Shown piece after piece: positions 1 through 10,202 of a DNA stretch of 32,000 bases. The notes under the pieces were generated by a model that made no database searches, had not been told where the DNA came from, and saw nothing but the letters and a program-made list of their open reading frames with translations. Every line of letters starts with the position of its first letter. The first letter of the stretch is position 1. The stretch is from Candidatus Thorarchaeota archaeon. GTDB lineage: Archaea > Asgardarchaeota > Heimdallarchaeia > Hodarchaeales > Hodarchaeaceae. The position numbers and the translations under genes are program-made. The stretch is from positions 244,958 through 276,957 of the forward strand of contig JBHLRO010000003.1 in NCBI GenBank assembly GCA_048882505.1, given 5' to 3'.

Positions 1-17
1 TATAGAATTGAGAATAG

Positions 18-2246
<2,229 letters not shown>

Positions 2247-2263
2247 GACAGTTAGAGCACCCA

Positions 2264-2326
2264 AAGTAAGTAGCTCCCGCATATGCAGAAGGAGTCAAAA
2301 AAGCTCTTGGATGGGGCTACTAACTT
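2264..2326 (+). terminator. Stem-loop downstream of katG (possible terminator or structured 3' UTR)
   Basis: 2264-2277 pairs with 2313-2326 (12 Watson-Crick, 1 G-U, 1 mismatch), followed by a pyrimidine-rich tract to about 2345. Confidence 0.4.
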
Positions 2327-2620
2327 CCCCTCCTTCCTTCTTCTTAATAAAGGGATAGCGATCTCAACTTGTCAATTCTAACGGAAAAATAGTAATAGAA
2401 GGATAACAGAAAATACGTCTGGCTTAATAGAATCATTTTTATGTCTTAAAATGTCCTTATGGTAATAAGCTAGACATTCTACCTGCATATGGGATAATAT
2501 ATCCGATTCGAATTCTTTTAGAGATGTTTCTGTATCATTTATCAGTAAACACCAATACCTTGGAGGATAACTTCGCCTTAATTGGAGATTGGTTTTTTTC
2601 TGATTAAATGCTTCTTTTTG

Positions 2621-3526
2621 TTACAAATGAAATTTAACCCCGGTGAGTTTTTCAGAGAGCTCCCATAACCTTTTTGCGTCCCCCTCGTTATGAGAGGCAC
2701 CATTGGATTCAACTAACACGGGATGACCTCGTGAACCCTTTTTGGGGCCAAAATATTCCGCTCCTGCAACATCGGGATCTGTAGCGGCACGTAAGGAAGG
2801 AAGGGAGCCCATGTGTGCGCTTTGGAACATCCAGAATAAGAAAGGTTTTATCATCCTATAATACCATTGACGAACCAAATTAGTATTTGATATTCCGGGA
2901 TGGGCCGCCAATGCCATCACATCAATATTTGCTTCTTTGAGCCGTCGGTGCAATTCATAAGTGAACAGTAGATTGGCCAGTTTTGATCGACCGTACGCTC
3001 CCAACCTGGAGTAACCTTGACCACCATCATAGATAAAATTCTGGAAGTCCATGGTGCCAAATCTATGGGCGTTGCTCGAAACATTCACAACCCGCGCTCC
3101 TGGAGTAGTTTTCAACAAATCGAACAACAATGCCGTGAGAGCAAAATGCCCTAGGTGATTAATCCCAACTTGGGTCTCAAATCCATCTTCAGTGGTTCTA
3201 TAGGGCACAAACATAATTCCAGCATTGTTTAAAAGGACGTTTAGCTGCGAATACTTTTGTTTGAATCCTTCAGCGAATTTATGTACAGATTTCAAACTAT
3301 TTAGATCGAGTTCCATGACCCCTGTGTTGGCATTGGGTATTTCCTTTTTGATATTCTTTATTGCTTTCTTTGCTTTTTCAATATTTCTGCAAGCGAGTAT
3401 GGTTTCAGCGCCCTTTCTTGCAAATTCTTTGGCTGCCTCGTAACCAATTCCACTATTTGCCCCCGTAACTATGATTATTTTTCCTGACAGATCAGGCATT
3501 TCATCTGGAGTCCATTTCTTATTCAT
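2621..3526 (-). CDS. Classical short-chain dehydrogenase/reductase (retinol-DH/WWOX-like subgroup)
   Basis: TGANSGIG nucleotide-binding motif, NNAG, NHLGHF, catalytic YGRSK, AHPG. ATG 3526 (MNKKWT) preferred over TTG 3568. Confidence 0.93.
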   Translation of the reverse strand: MNKKWTPDEMPDLSGKIIIVTGANSGIGYEAAKEFARKGAETILACRNIEKAKKAIKNIKKEIPNANTGVMELDLNSLKSVHKFAEGFKQKYSQLNVLLNNAGIMFVPYRTTEDGFETQVGINHLGHFALTALLFDLLKTTPGARVVNVSSNAHRFGTMDFQNFIYDGGQGYSRLGAYGRSKLANLLFTYELHRRLKEANIDVMALAAHPGISNTNLVRQWYYRMIKPFLFWMFQSAHMGSLPSLRAATDPDVAGAEYFGPKKGSRGHPVLVESNGASHNEGDAKRLWELSEKLTGVKFHL

Positions 3527-3573
3527 GTTTTGCAAACCTTGAATAAATATTTCCGTTTTTTTCTTCAATGAGC

Positions 3574-4527
3574 CTATAAGCCGACCATCTCGAGACTAAC
3601 TTGATAGAGTTTCCTGGCCAGCTCTCGATCGTTTGCATACTTGTTGGGGGAGCGCATGGGCCATCCTCCTGAGCGGTTTTCTTTATTGGGATAGAGGATG
3701 CTATTCTGGCTGAAGTATTCCCCGCTGTGTTGTGGCGCGCCATCATCGAGAAGGCAGTGGAGGGTAGTTTGTGCGCCTTCATAAGGTGACATCGTGCCAA
3801 GAAAACGACTAAACGGTCTCATCAAGACGTTCTGAATAAACACTGCCCCTGGGACAGCATGTCTTGCCAGATTGGAGCGTACCCATCCTGGATGAATCGA
3901 AAAAGCTGACACCCCTGTACCTTTCAGACGCTGAGAGAGATCTAGTGCGTGAAGAACTATGGCCAACTTGGACTGTGTATACGCAAGATTCCGGTCATAC
4001 TGCCGTTTCTCAAAGTTGAGATCGTCAAAATGTATCTCCCCTACTTGGTTCCTCGTCCCAATGTGGAATACGCTTGATACACCTATGATACGAGATGGGG
4101 CGCTTGCCTTCAGCGTCTCAAGCAGAAGTTCTGTGAGGAGAAAGTGTCCAAGGTAGTTCACGCCAAAATGGCTTTCAAAACCGTCTTCTGTCTTCCCCTC
4201 GGGAGCATACATGATGCCGGCGTTGTTGACAAGGCCGTCCAGTCGGTCGTGCCTGGCCGTAAACGTTTCAACGAAGCGCCTGATTGAGGCGAAGCTGGCG
4301 AGATCAAGCTCCATAACTTCAACTGAGCCGCGAGCGCTTGCTAATTTAGCAAAAGCCCTTTTTCCTGCATCCACGCGACGGCAAGCACCAACTACGTGTG
4401 CTCCCTGGCGAGCCAGTTGCGAAGAGGTCGCTAATCCCGCCCCAGAGTTGGCCCCCGTAACGATATAGATGCGACCGTTTAGGTCCTTTTTCAATAACTC
4501 CGGATCGCACATCAACGTTTTTGGCAC
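3574..4527 (-). CDS. Classical short-chain dehydrogenase/reductase (retinol-DH/WWOX-like subgroup)
   Basis: TGANSGAG, NNAG, NYLGHF, YTQSK, IHPG. GTG start with a strong SD AAGGAGGT at 4540-4533. Confidence 0.93.
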   Translation of the reverse strand: MPKTLMCDPELLKKDLNGRIYIVTGANSGAGLATSSQLARQGAHVVGACRRVDAGKRAFAKLASARGSVEVMELDLASFASIRRFVETFTARHDRLDGLVNNAGIMYAPEGKTEDGFESHFGVNYLGHFLLTELLLETLKASAPSRIIGVSSVFHIGTRNQVGEIHFDDLNFEKRQYDRNLAYTQSKLAIVLHALDLSQRLKGTGVSAFSIHPGWVRSNLARHAVPGAVFIQNVLMRPFSRFLGTMSPYEGAQTTLHCLLDDGAPQHSGEYFSQNSILYPNKENRSGGWPMRSPNKYANDRELARKLYQVSLEMVGL

Positions 4528-4678
4528 AATAGACCTCCTTTGTTTGAATGATTGGTCATGTATGTAGGACTCATTGATATCGCCTAAAAACGATTCGTTG
4601 GGGTTCTGGGAAGATAGTCATAATAAATAGGAAATAGATTAAATGAAATCAAATCATAATAAAAGGTAGACAAAACAA

Positions 4679-5521
4679 ATGGATATAGGGAATCTCTTCA
4701 AGACTGGAATACTATTTACGATTCTGATAGGGATCTTATACGTATTATCCATAATTTTCAATATTCCGCCACTAATGTTCCTGCTTTTTTCAGGCATTTT
4801 TGTATTCGGTTCGTATTGGTTCTCAGACTCCTTAATTCTACGAATGACCCGAGCACGCATAGTAGATGAATCCGAGGCACCCGAACTTTATAAACGGGTT
4901 GAAAAATTAGCAGCAATGGCAGGAATACCAATGCCTCGTGTGGCGATAGTAGATAATCCAAAACCAAATGCATTTGCGACAGGCCGCTCTCCAGGAAAGG
5001 CAGTCATTGCAGTTCATACAGGACTCTTACAAGCAATGAATGCTGAAGAACTAGATGGTGTCCTCGCACACGAAATGAGTCATGTGAAGCATTGGGATAC
5101 GCTTATCCAGACGTTTGCAGCGATGTTTGCATCAGCAATCATGTTCATATCACGAATGGCAATTTGGTTTAGCTATTCTGACCGTGAGAACTCTGTGAAT
5201 CCTCTTGCGATGTTAGTAACTTGGATAGTTGCTCCCATTGCCGCAATTGTTGTACAGTTAGCTATCTCCAGATCACGGGAATTTGCTGCGGACAAAGGAG
5301 CGGCCAAAATCACCGGAAACCCCATAGGATTGGCAAATGCCCTAGGAAAACTTGACACTTATTCCCGTCATTCTCGCTCCCGCGACACGCCTAATCCGAG
5401 CTTAAGTCATTTATACATCATAAATCCCCTATCTGGTAGTAGTTTGGCAGGATTGTTTTCTACTCATCCATCAATAGAAGAGCGAATTTCAAGACTCCAA
5501 AAAATGGCTTTTCGTACCTGA
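4679..5521 (+). CDS. htpX: Membrane zinc metalloprotease HtpX (peptidase M48)
   Basis: N-terminal TM helices, PNAFATGR, HEMSH (HExxH), SRSREFAADKGAA (third Zn ligand Glu), FSTHPSIEERI. Confidence 0.95.
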   Translation: MDIGNLFKTGILFTILIGILYVLSIIFNIPPLMFLLFSGIFVFGSYWFSDSLILRMTRARIVDESEAPELYKRVEKLAAMAGIPMPRVAIVDNPKPNAFATGRSPGKAVIAVHTGLLQAMNAEELDGVLAHEMSHVKHWDTLIQTFAAMFASAIMFISRMAIWFSYSDRENSVNPLAMLVTWIVAPIAAIVVQLAISRSREFAADKGAAKITGNPIGLANALGKLDTYSRHSRSRDTPNPSLSHLYIINPLSGSSLAGLFSTHPSIEERISRLQKMAFRT

Positions 5522-5590
5522 ATCAGTCCAGAGAGAAATCACGTACTACTATAAGCTGTTGTTTCTTTTTCTGATTTATCATTTAGCTTT

Positions 5591-5613
5591 TTTCCCCTAT
5601 CTTATTGGGGAAA
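5591..5613. terminator. Hairpin in the convergent htpX/GNAT gap
   Basis: TTTCCCC-(9 nt)-GGGGAAA, a perfect 7-bp stem next to a T run. Confidence 0.35.
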
Positions 5614-5659
5614 GAAATCGTTTGGAAATCATCTTGCGAAACCTGATCGCTAACTAGGT

Positions 5660-6196
5660 CTACCTAGTTGTTACCAAATCCTTTTTGTATGTCATCACAG
5701 TAAACCCAGAAAATTCAGAGGTATTCTCCAATACGTAACCGAGTTTTTCATATAGTGTTCGAGCCTTAACGAGGGGTTCCGCCGTTTGAAGATAAATTTG
5801 CTTCTTTCCATGGAACAAAGCCGTTTTTTCAACCTTTTTGATTAGCAAAGTCGCAATTCCCCTCCGTCGGTGGCTTTTTCTCACGCGAAGCTGAATGAGC
5901 TCTGCCCGATCATTCTCCTGTAATTGAACTCCGATCAAACCCACCACTACTCCACGTTCTTCCATCACCCAAAACCGCCCTTTTTGATGGATAAAATAGG
6001 CATATCTTTCTTCTAAGTCGCTTTGTGTCGATAAGGAATTCTCAAGGTGGATATCGGGAGAAAATTCCTGCTCGAACTCAAGATGTAAATGAAGAATTTG
6101 GACCTTGTCAGCCTGGCTATACTCTCTGATTCTCATCTTAGCTTCTTCTAGAATGTTTGGGCGGTTATTTGAAAGAGGCGATGTTCCCTTCGTCAT
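5660..6196 (-). CDS. GNAT-family N-acetyltransferase
   Basis: IREYSQAD start of fold, VVGLIG, acetyl-CoA motif A LRVRKSHRRRGIATLLI, ARTLYEKLGY. Alternative start ATG 6136 (MRIREY). Confidence 0.9.
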   Translation of the reverse strand: MTKGTSPLSNNRPNILEEAKMRIREYSQADKVQILHLHLEFEQEFSPDIHLENSLSTQSDLEERYAYFIHQKGRFWVMEERGVVVGLIGVQLQENDRAELIQLRVRKSHRRRGIATLLIKKVEKTALFHGKKQIYLQTAEPLVKARTLYEKLGYVLENTSEFSGFTVMTYKKDLVTTR

Positions 6197-6281
6197 TTAA
6201 AATTGAGTTTGTCAGAATTACGCATTCACCACCTCATCATACCAAAACCAGACGGCCAATGTTATCAATATAAGAACGGGC

Positions 6282-6289
6282 TTTATAAA
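6282..6289. promoter_or_regulatory. Candidate archaeal TATA box between the divergent GNAT and DUF4386-like genes
   Basis: Palindromic TTTATAAA about 30 nt upstream of ATG 6319, with a purine-rich (BRE-like) stretch upstream. Confidence 0.45.
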
Positions 6290-6318
6290 TATATAATAAC
6301 GAGGTTGGCAGGTTCTGT

Positions 6319-6969
6319 ATGAATCTCGAAATGCGTCTATCTGGGTTACTCTTCCTGATTATCATAATTCTGAACATTTTAAGTGATTTTCTTGGTCATG
6401 GAATTGGTTCTGATATAAACTCCAAGACTAAGCTTAAAAAAATCCATGATGATCCCAGAAAATTTGAAATAAGCTTCGGATTACTCCTTATTGAGCACCT
6501 TAGCATAATTTTCCTTGCTATCATGCTGTTTCTTGCATTTGGTCACTATAACATAGTTCTTGGGTTGATCTGGCTTAACTCCCGTGTAGCTGAAGGCTTG
6601 ATCCAGATTTTCAACAGAAAAAAATACTGGGGGCTTCTCAATATTGGAAAACAGTACTCCGACACTAGTGGTGCTGCAATACATGAACTGCTTAGTACGG
6701 CCCAAAACATTCTCAAGCTAAGACACGCTAATTTCGCTTTTGCCCAGATTTTGTTCTCCATTGGAACCCTGGCATATTCGGTCCTCTTTATCACCACTGA
6801 TGTTGTTCCAGTTCTTATTGGATGGTTCGGGATTGTAGCGAGCATTCTCTATGGTATCGGCATCGGGATCTGGTTTATCAAACCCAAATTTCAAGGTGCA
6901 CTAGCCGGGGGTCTATTGGTACTTCTTTTTGAGATTATCTTAGGAGGATGGCTTTTATTTTTATCATGA
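6319..6969 (+). CDS. DUF4386-like multi-pass membrane protein
   Basis: Several hydrophobic helices; C-terminal VPVLIGWFGIVAS...LFEIILGGWLL pattern recalled as typical of DUF4386. Confidence 0.7.
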   Translation: MNLEMRLSGLLFLIIIILNILSDFLGHGIGSDINSKTKLKKIHDDPRKFEISFGLLLIEHLSIIFLAIMLFLAFGHYNIVLGLIWLNSRVAEGLIQIFNRKKYWGLLNIGKQYSDTSGAAIHELLSTAQNILKLRHANFAFAQILFSIGTLAYSVLFITTDVVPVLIGWFGIVASILYGIGIGIWFIKPKFQGALAGGLLVLLFEIILGGWLLFLS

Positions 6970-7006
6970 ATAGTACCCTAGAGGATTTGTTTGTGAAATG
7001 CTATTG

Positions 7007-7306
7007 CTAGGGTTTCTCATCCTGCAGAGGCCAGCTCCAGGCATACCAGACAATCGGTGCAAGAAGTAAAACTTCTACAAAACTATACAACATAAAAAAA
7101 GGTAAGAGATCTCCTGTAAATCCTGAAATAAGAGCAATTCCTGCATTAAGGATCCCTAAAGTGATGTTTGTCAAGCGATTCACAGGAGCTTTCAATGTCA
7201 GGGACAGGAAAATCATAGGCCTCGGAATTATCATCAAGATTGATACTACTCTTAGACACTTTTGAACAGGTAAAGAAAATTGATGAAATAACTCGTGTAG
7301 CCTCAT
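7007..7306 (-). CDS. Small membrane protein resembling the C-terminal part of DUF6326 (possibly 5'-truncated)
   Basis: ILMIIPRPMIFLSLTLKAPVNRLTNITLG...VEVLLLAPIVWYAWSWP matches the recalled DUF6326 pattern; the N-terminal ~20 aa do not look like the family. Confidence 0.55.
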   Translation of the reverse strand: MRLHELFHQFSLPVQKCLRVVSILMIIPRPMIFLSLTLKAPVNRLTNITLGILNAGIALISGFTGDLLPFFMLYSFVEVLLLAPIVWYAWSWPLQDEKP

Positions 7307-7386
7307 TTGAGACCCAGATGGGGGATATAAGGTTCGTTTACCTAGTCCTCACTTTATTTGAAAAGAATCTTGTTTTCTCGCCAAAA

Positions 7387-8133
7387 TTAGGCTAATTCCT
7401 CAATCATCATTGGGAGAAACATACAAGTGACAAAAAAGAATTTCTTTCCTTCTGCGATCGAATCTGGATTTCTTCCAGTCTTTTCAAACATTACTCGATC
7501 CTCTTCCTTAAACGCCTGAATTAGCTTTTCTCCTTCATCAAAGAATTTAACAAAGAAATCCATCAATCTCTTGTGACGATCTGGACTCTCAACGTTTACT
7601 CTCGATATTAGATATTTTCCTTTCAAATCCATTTTCTTGTACAACCAATTTCCCTCCTTAATTTTAATTTCTTTACCGTGATACCGCAAAAATTTCCATC
7701 GTAAAACTGCAATAGTTTTGCTATAATTTGACAGATGTGTACCCATTTTCTCAATCTTTTGAAAAAGCTCTTCATCTGGTATTTGTTTTTCTAAAAAACT
7801 ATTCGTGTCGTATTGTTTTGACTCTTGTTGAACTTGGTCTATCAATTCAGGAACATGTTCTTCGATAAGCTCATATCCCTTTGATGAGACATTATAGTAT
7901 TTCCCTTTTCTTTTTTGAGTTGCTTGAGCATCTAACTGAATTAAATTTCTCTTCTCTAATCTTTTCAGGTTGTAAAGGACCGAAGCGGGCTTTTTATTGA
8001 TAATTTCTGAGATTTTTTTAAGATTCGATGATTTATAAAAGGCTAAAGTCCATAATATTTCGGACACCATCTCATTTTCCATTAAAAATTCTAAATTGTC
8101 ATCTATTGGTATATCCATTTGGTATTCAACCAT
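7387..8133 (-). CDS. Winged-helix (ArsR-like) transcriptional regulator with C-terminal extension
   Basis: EILWTLAFYKSSNLKKISEIINKKPASVLYNLKRLEKRNLIQ...GKYYNVS helix-turn-helix plus wing. ATG 8151 sits only 3 nt from a TATA-like box, so ATG 8133 is preferred. Confidence 0.8.
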   Translation of the reverse strand: MVEYQMDIPIDDNLEFLMENEMVSEILWTLAFYKSSNLKKISEIINKKPASVLYNLKRLEKRNLIQLDAQATQKRKGKYYNVSSKGYELIEEHVPELIDQVQQESKQYDTNSFLEKQIPDEELFQKIEKMGTHLSNYSKTIAVLRWKFLRYHGKEIKIKEGNWLYKKMDLKGKYLISRVNVESPDRHKRLMDFFVKFFDEGEKLIQAFKEEDRVMFEKTGRNPDSIAEGKKFFFVTCMFLPMMIEELA

Positions 8134-8153
8134 AAGAAAAGATTTCGTCATTC

Positions 8154-8163
8154 TTTTATAAAA
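8154..8163 (-). promoter_or_regulatory. Candidate TATA box of the wHTH regulator
   Basis: Palindromic TTTTATAAAA 21-30 nt upstream of ATG 8133, which would fit a leaderless transcript. Confidence 0.4.
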
Positions 8164-8200
8164 CGACGACTCTAAAACTATTCTCTTTTTCGGCGCAATT

Positions 8201-8287
8201 CAGATCACAATATTTAAAAAACTGTATAAATTAAGTGATCAAATTAATTAAGTAGTTTAATAATTCGGTTTGAGCGGTCCAGATCAC
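8201..8287. promoter_or_regulatory. Candidate operator sites (GATCAC repeats) in a divergent promoter
   Basis: CAGATCAC at 8201-8208 and 8280-8287, with inverted GTGATC at 8235-8240. Confidence 0.35.
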
Positions 8288-8309
8288 GAAGAAATGAGGT
8301 AATTAGGTA

Positions 8310-9245
8310 ATGAAAACGAATTTGAAGTTTAAATACATAAATATGTCCAAATTATCGAGAAAATTAGCAGTTGGAGTAATCCTTGGTTTTATGATTTTCG
8401 GTTTTATCCCAGTGGTTCAAGGAGTACAAACAGAGAGAATTAGACCATTAGACGACTGGATCTATGGCAATGATCCCGCAACTTGGGATTCCACAGATTA
8501 TTGGAGTACTCATACTAATCGGCGTTGGGATGATTGGATTAAAGGCGACACAATGGCTGGGAATCCGTTCGGAGGATGGGGGGCATTAAGTGATGGAGAA
8601 TCTAATCTGTTTATATCCTTTGATTGGATTGCTTTAAATGATGAGATCGAGTATGATGGCTTTGTACTCGAAAGGGCGATGCCTGATGGATCACTTCGGA
8701 TTGGTGTAAACTTAAATGTAAAAAATATGTATATAGAGGTCTATAGATTTGCCGAAGATTGGAATTGGCCTAGATTTTTCTACATAGAAGAGCTAGTTCT
8801 AGTTGGAACCATGGATTATCAATTCCAAACAGAGTTTATTCTTGATAAAGACATACCCGGGGGATATTTTCCATGGGGTCAATTCGTTGCACCAGGAGTG
8901 AGAGAACCGGGTGCAGAGCTCCCACCACTATGGATGACTTATTATTTTGGGCGTATAATTGGGGCTCGATTTTTATCATTCCAGTTCAATGGTATAGGCT
9001 CAGGGGATCTTGTTTATCCAGGATGGTTACCACCTCTCTCGCCGACATTTACATTGTGGGAACAGCCCGAATTCTGGTGGTATCTCCCACCAGCTAATGT
9101 TCCGGAAAATCCGCCAGAACCAACTGGCGAGCAGGCAAATGTGAAAGTGAACTATCAGGAATTTACTTTTCCTCATAGTCCCAATTTTGAATGGGGAATT
9201 CTTTGGTTCACGAATAATGGTTTTGAAATGGTAAGAATCTTCTGA
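8310..9245 (+). CDS. Secreted Trp/Pro-rich protein of unknown function
   Basis: Basic N-region plus hydrophobic stretch (KLSRKLAVGVILGFMIFGFIPVVQG); 17 Trp in 311 aa; GAGGT upstream of ATG 8310 (alternative ATG 8343); no C-terminal TM. Confidence 0.8.
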   Translation: MKTNLKFKYINMSKLSRKLAVGVILGFMIFGFIPVVQGVQTERIRPLDDWIYGNDPATWDSTDYWSTHTNRRWDDWIKGDTMAGNPFGGWGALSDGESNLFISFDWIALNDEIEYDGFVLERAMPDGSLRIGVNLNVKNMYIEVYRFAEDWNWPRFFYIEELVLVGTMDYQFQTEFILDKDIPGGYFPWGQFVAPGVREPGAELPPLWMTYYFGRIIGARFLSFQFNGIGSGDLVYPGWLPPLSPTFTLWEQPEFWWYLPPANVPENPPEPTGEQANVKVNYQEFTFPHSPNFEWGILWFTNNGFEMVRIF

Positions 9246-9266
9246 GTTTGTGAAAAAAGCAAAACC

Positions 9267-9301
9267 GAGAAGCGGTAAACGCCTCTCATCCTTCTTTTTT
9301 T
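9267..9301 (+). terminator. Hairpin plus T7 tract after the secreted-protein gene
   Basis: GAGAAGCG-GTAAA-CGCCTCTC (7 of 8 pairs) followed by T x7 at 9295-9301. Confidence 0.45.
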
Positions 9302-9343
9302 ATTATTCTATTATTCGCTTGATATACATCAAGGTACTCCCAA

Positions 9344-9401
9344 TTTGGCGACAGTTCAAAACCAATCGTTTGAAATCTGTACCTGGTATAGGTTTATCCT
9401 A
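9344..9401 (+). repeat. Dispersed intergenic repeat, copy 1
   Basis: Hand alignment to 14972-15030 gives 49 of 59 columns identical; core 9366-9401 versus 14995-15030 is 33/36 identical. Confidence 0.85.
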
Positions 9402-9452
9402 GAAGAGAATGGGGTGCATCATGATTTGAATGGCAAAAGACAATGTCATGAA

Positions 9453-10091
9453 TCACTCATTTAATAGCTTATTAAAGGAAAACAGCCCACTTATTACGCC
9501 ATAACTACATTCCTGCATAACTTCGATCATTGGTCTTCCAATATATTTTTCATTGCACATCTTGACCAATTCTGTGATCTGACTCGAAATTTGATCGACA
9601 ACTTCTCGATCAACAAACGAAAACACACTCAGTGGGATTTTACCACTTTTTAGGGACTCAGCGAATGCGTTTCCATCGATTTGATCTAAATCACGAATTT
9701 GCTGTTTCAACACAGCTATCGATAAGCTAAGTTGAAGGATGTAAACCGTTTTTATCATTTCATCCGATAATTCTGTTTGATTACTCATAACCAATTCATT
9801 TGTTATCCAATCTTTTAACCTCATCCTCTTTCTGGACAAACTTTGGCTCTTATATTCAACCTCCTCCACTCCAGTATATTCAAGGATTTCGTTCTCAATC
9901 AGTTTATTGATATGAAAGTAGATTTTACTCCCTTTTATTTTCATACGACGTTTTAACTCATTAGCTGTTATTTCTGGGTTCCGTAAGACCTCAATAAAGA
10001 TATATCCACGAATGGGGTCTTTTAAATTAGCCACAATATTATTCAACGATTCCATTGTCAATTTGGATTCGGAGAGGCTTGATTTGCTCAT
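9453..10091 (-). CDS. Winged-helix (ArsR-like) transcriptional regulator with C-terminal extension
   Basis: LKDPIRGYIFIEVLRNPEITANELKRRMKIKGSKIYFHINKLIENEILEY is an ArsR/HTH_20-type pattern. ATG 10091 preferred over 10109 (TTTAAA about 22 nt upstream). Confidence 0.82.
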   Translation of the reverse strand: MSKSSLSESKLTMESLNNIVANLKDPIRGYIFIEVLRNPEITANELKRRMKIKGSKIYFHINKLIENEILEYTGVEEVEYKSQSLSRKRMRLKDWITNELVMSNQTELSDEMIKTVYILQLSLSIAVLKQQIRDLDQIDGNAFAESLKSGKIPLSVFSFVDREVVDQISSQITELVKMCNEKYIGRPMIEVMQECSYGVISGLFSFNKLLNE

Positions 10092-10151
10092 AATTTTACA
10101 TGAACACATAAATTTAAATAGCTAACTATCAATGTTCTAATTGTCAAGATC

Positions 10152-10176
10152 TCGACGATTAATTATTCGACGATTA
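10152..10176. promoter_or_regulatory. Tandem direct repeat TCGACGATTA x2 (candidate operator)
   Basis: Exact 10-mer at 10152-10161 and 10167-10176 (15-nt period) in the short divergent gap between the wHTH and MerB-like genes. Confidence 0.45.
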
Positions 10177-10202
10177 TTGAATGAATTAAAGCTGAACTGG
10201 AA

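Noticed and set aside
2264-2326. katG 3' hairpin as a SECIS element
   Set aside because: It lacks the AUGA/GA core, and the katG TGA falls at the normal family C-terminus, so there is no selenocysteine codon to recode.
3283-3297. 15-nt reverse-complement match to the repeat core (GTACAGATTTCAAAC)
   Set aside because: It lies inside the SDR coding sequence, and about one such 15-mer match is expected by chance in a 32-kb self-comparison.
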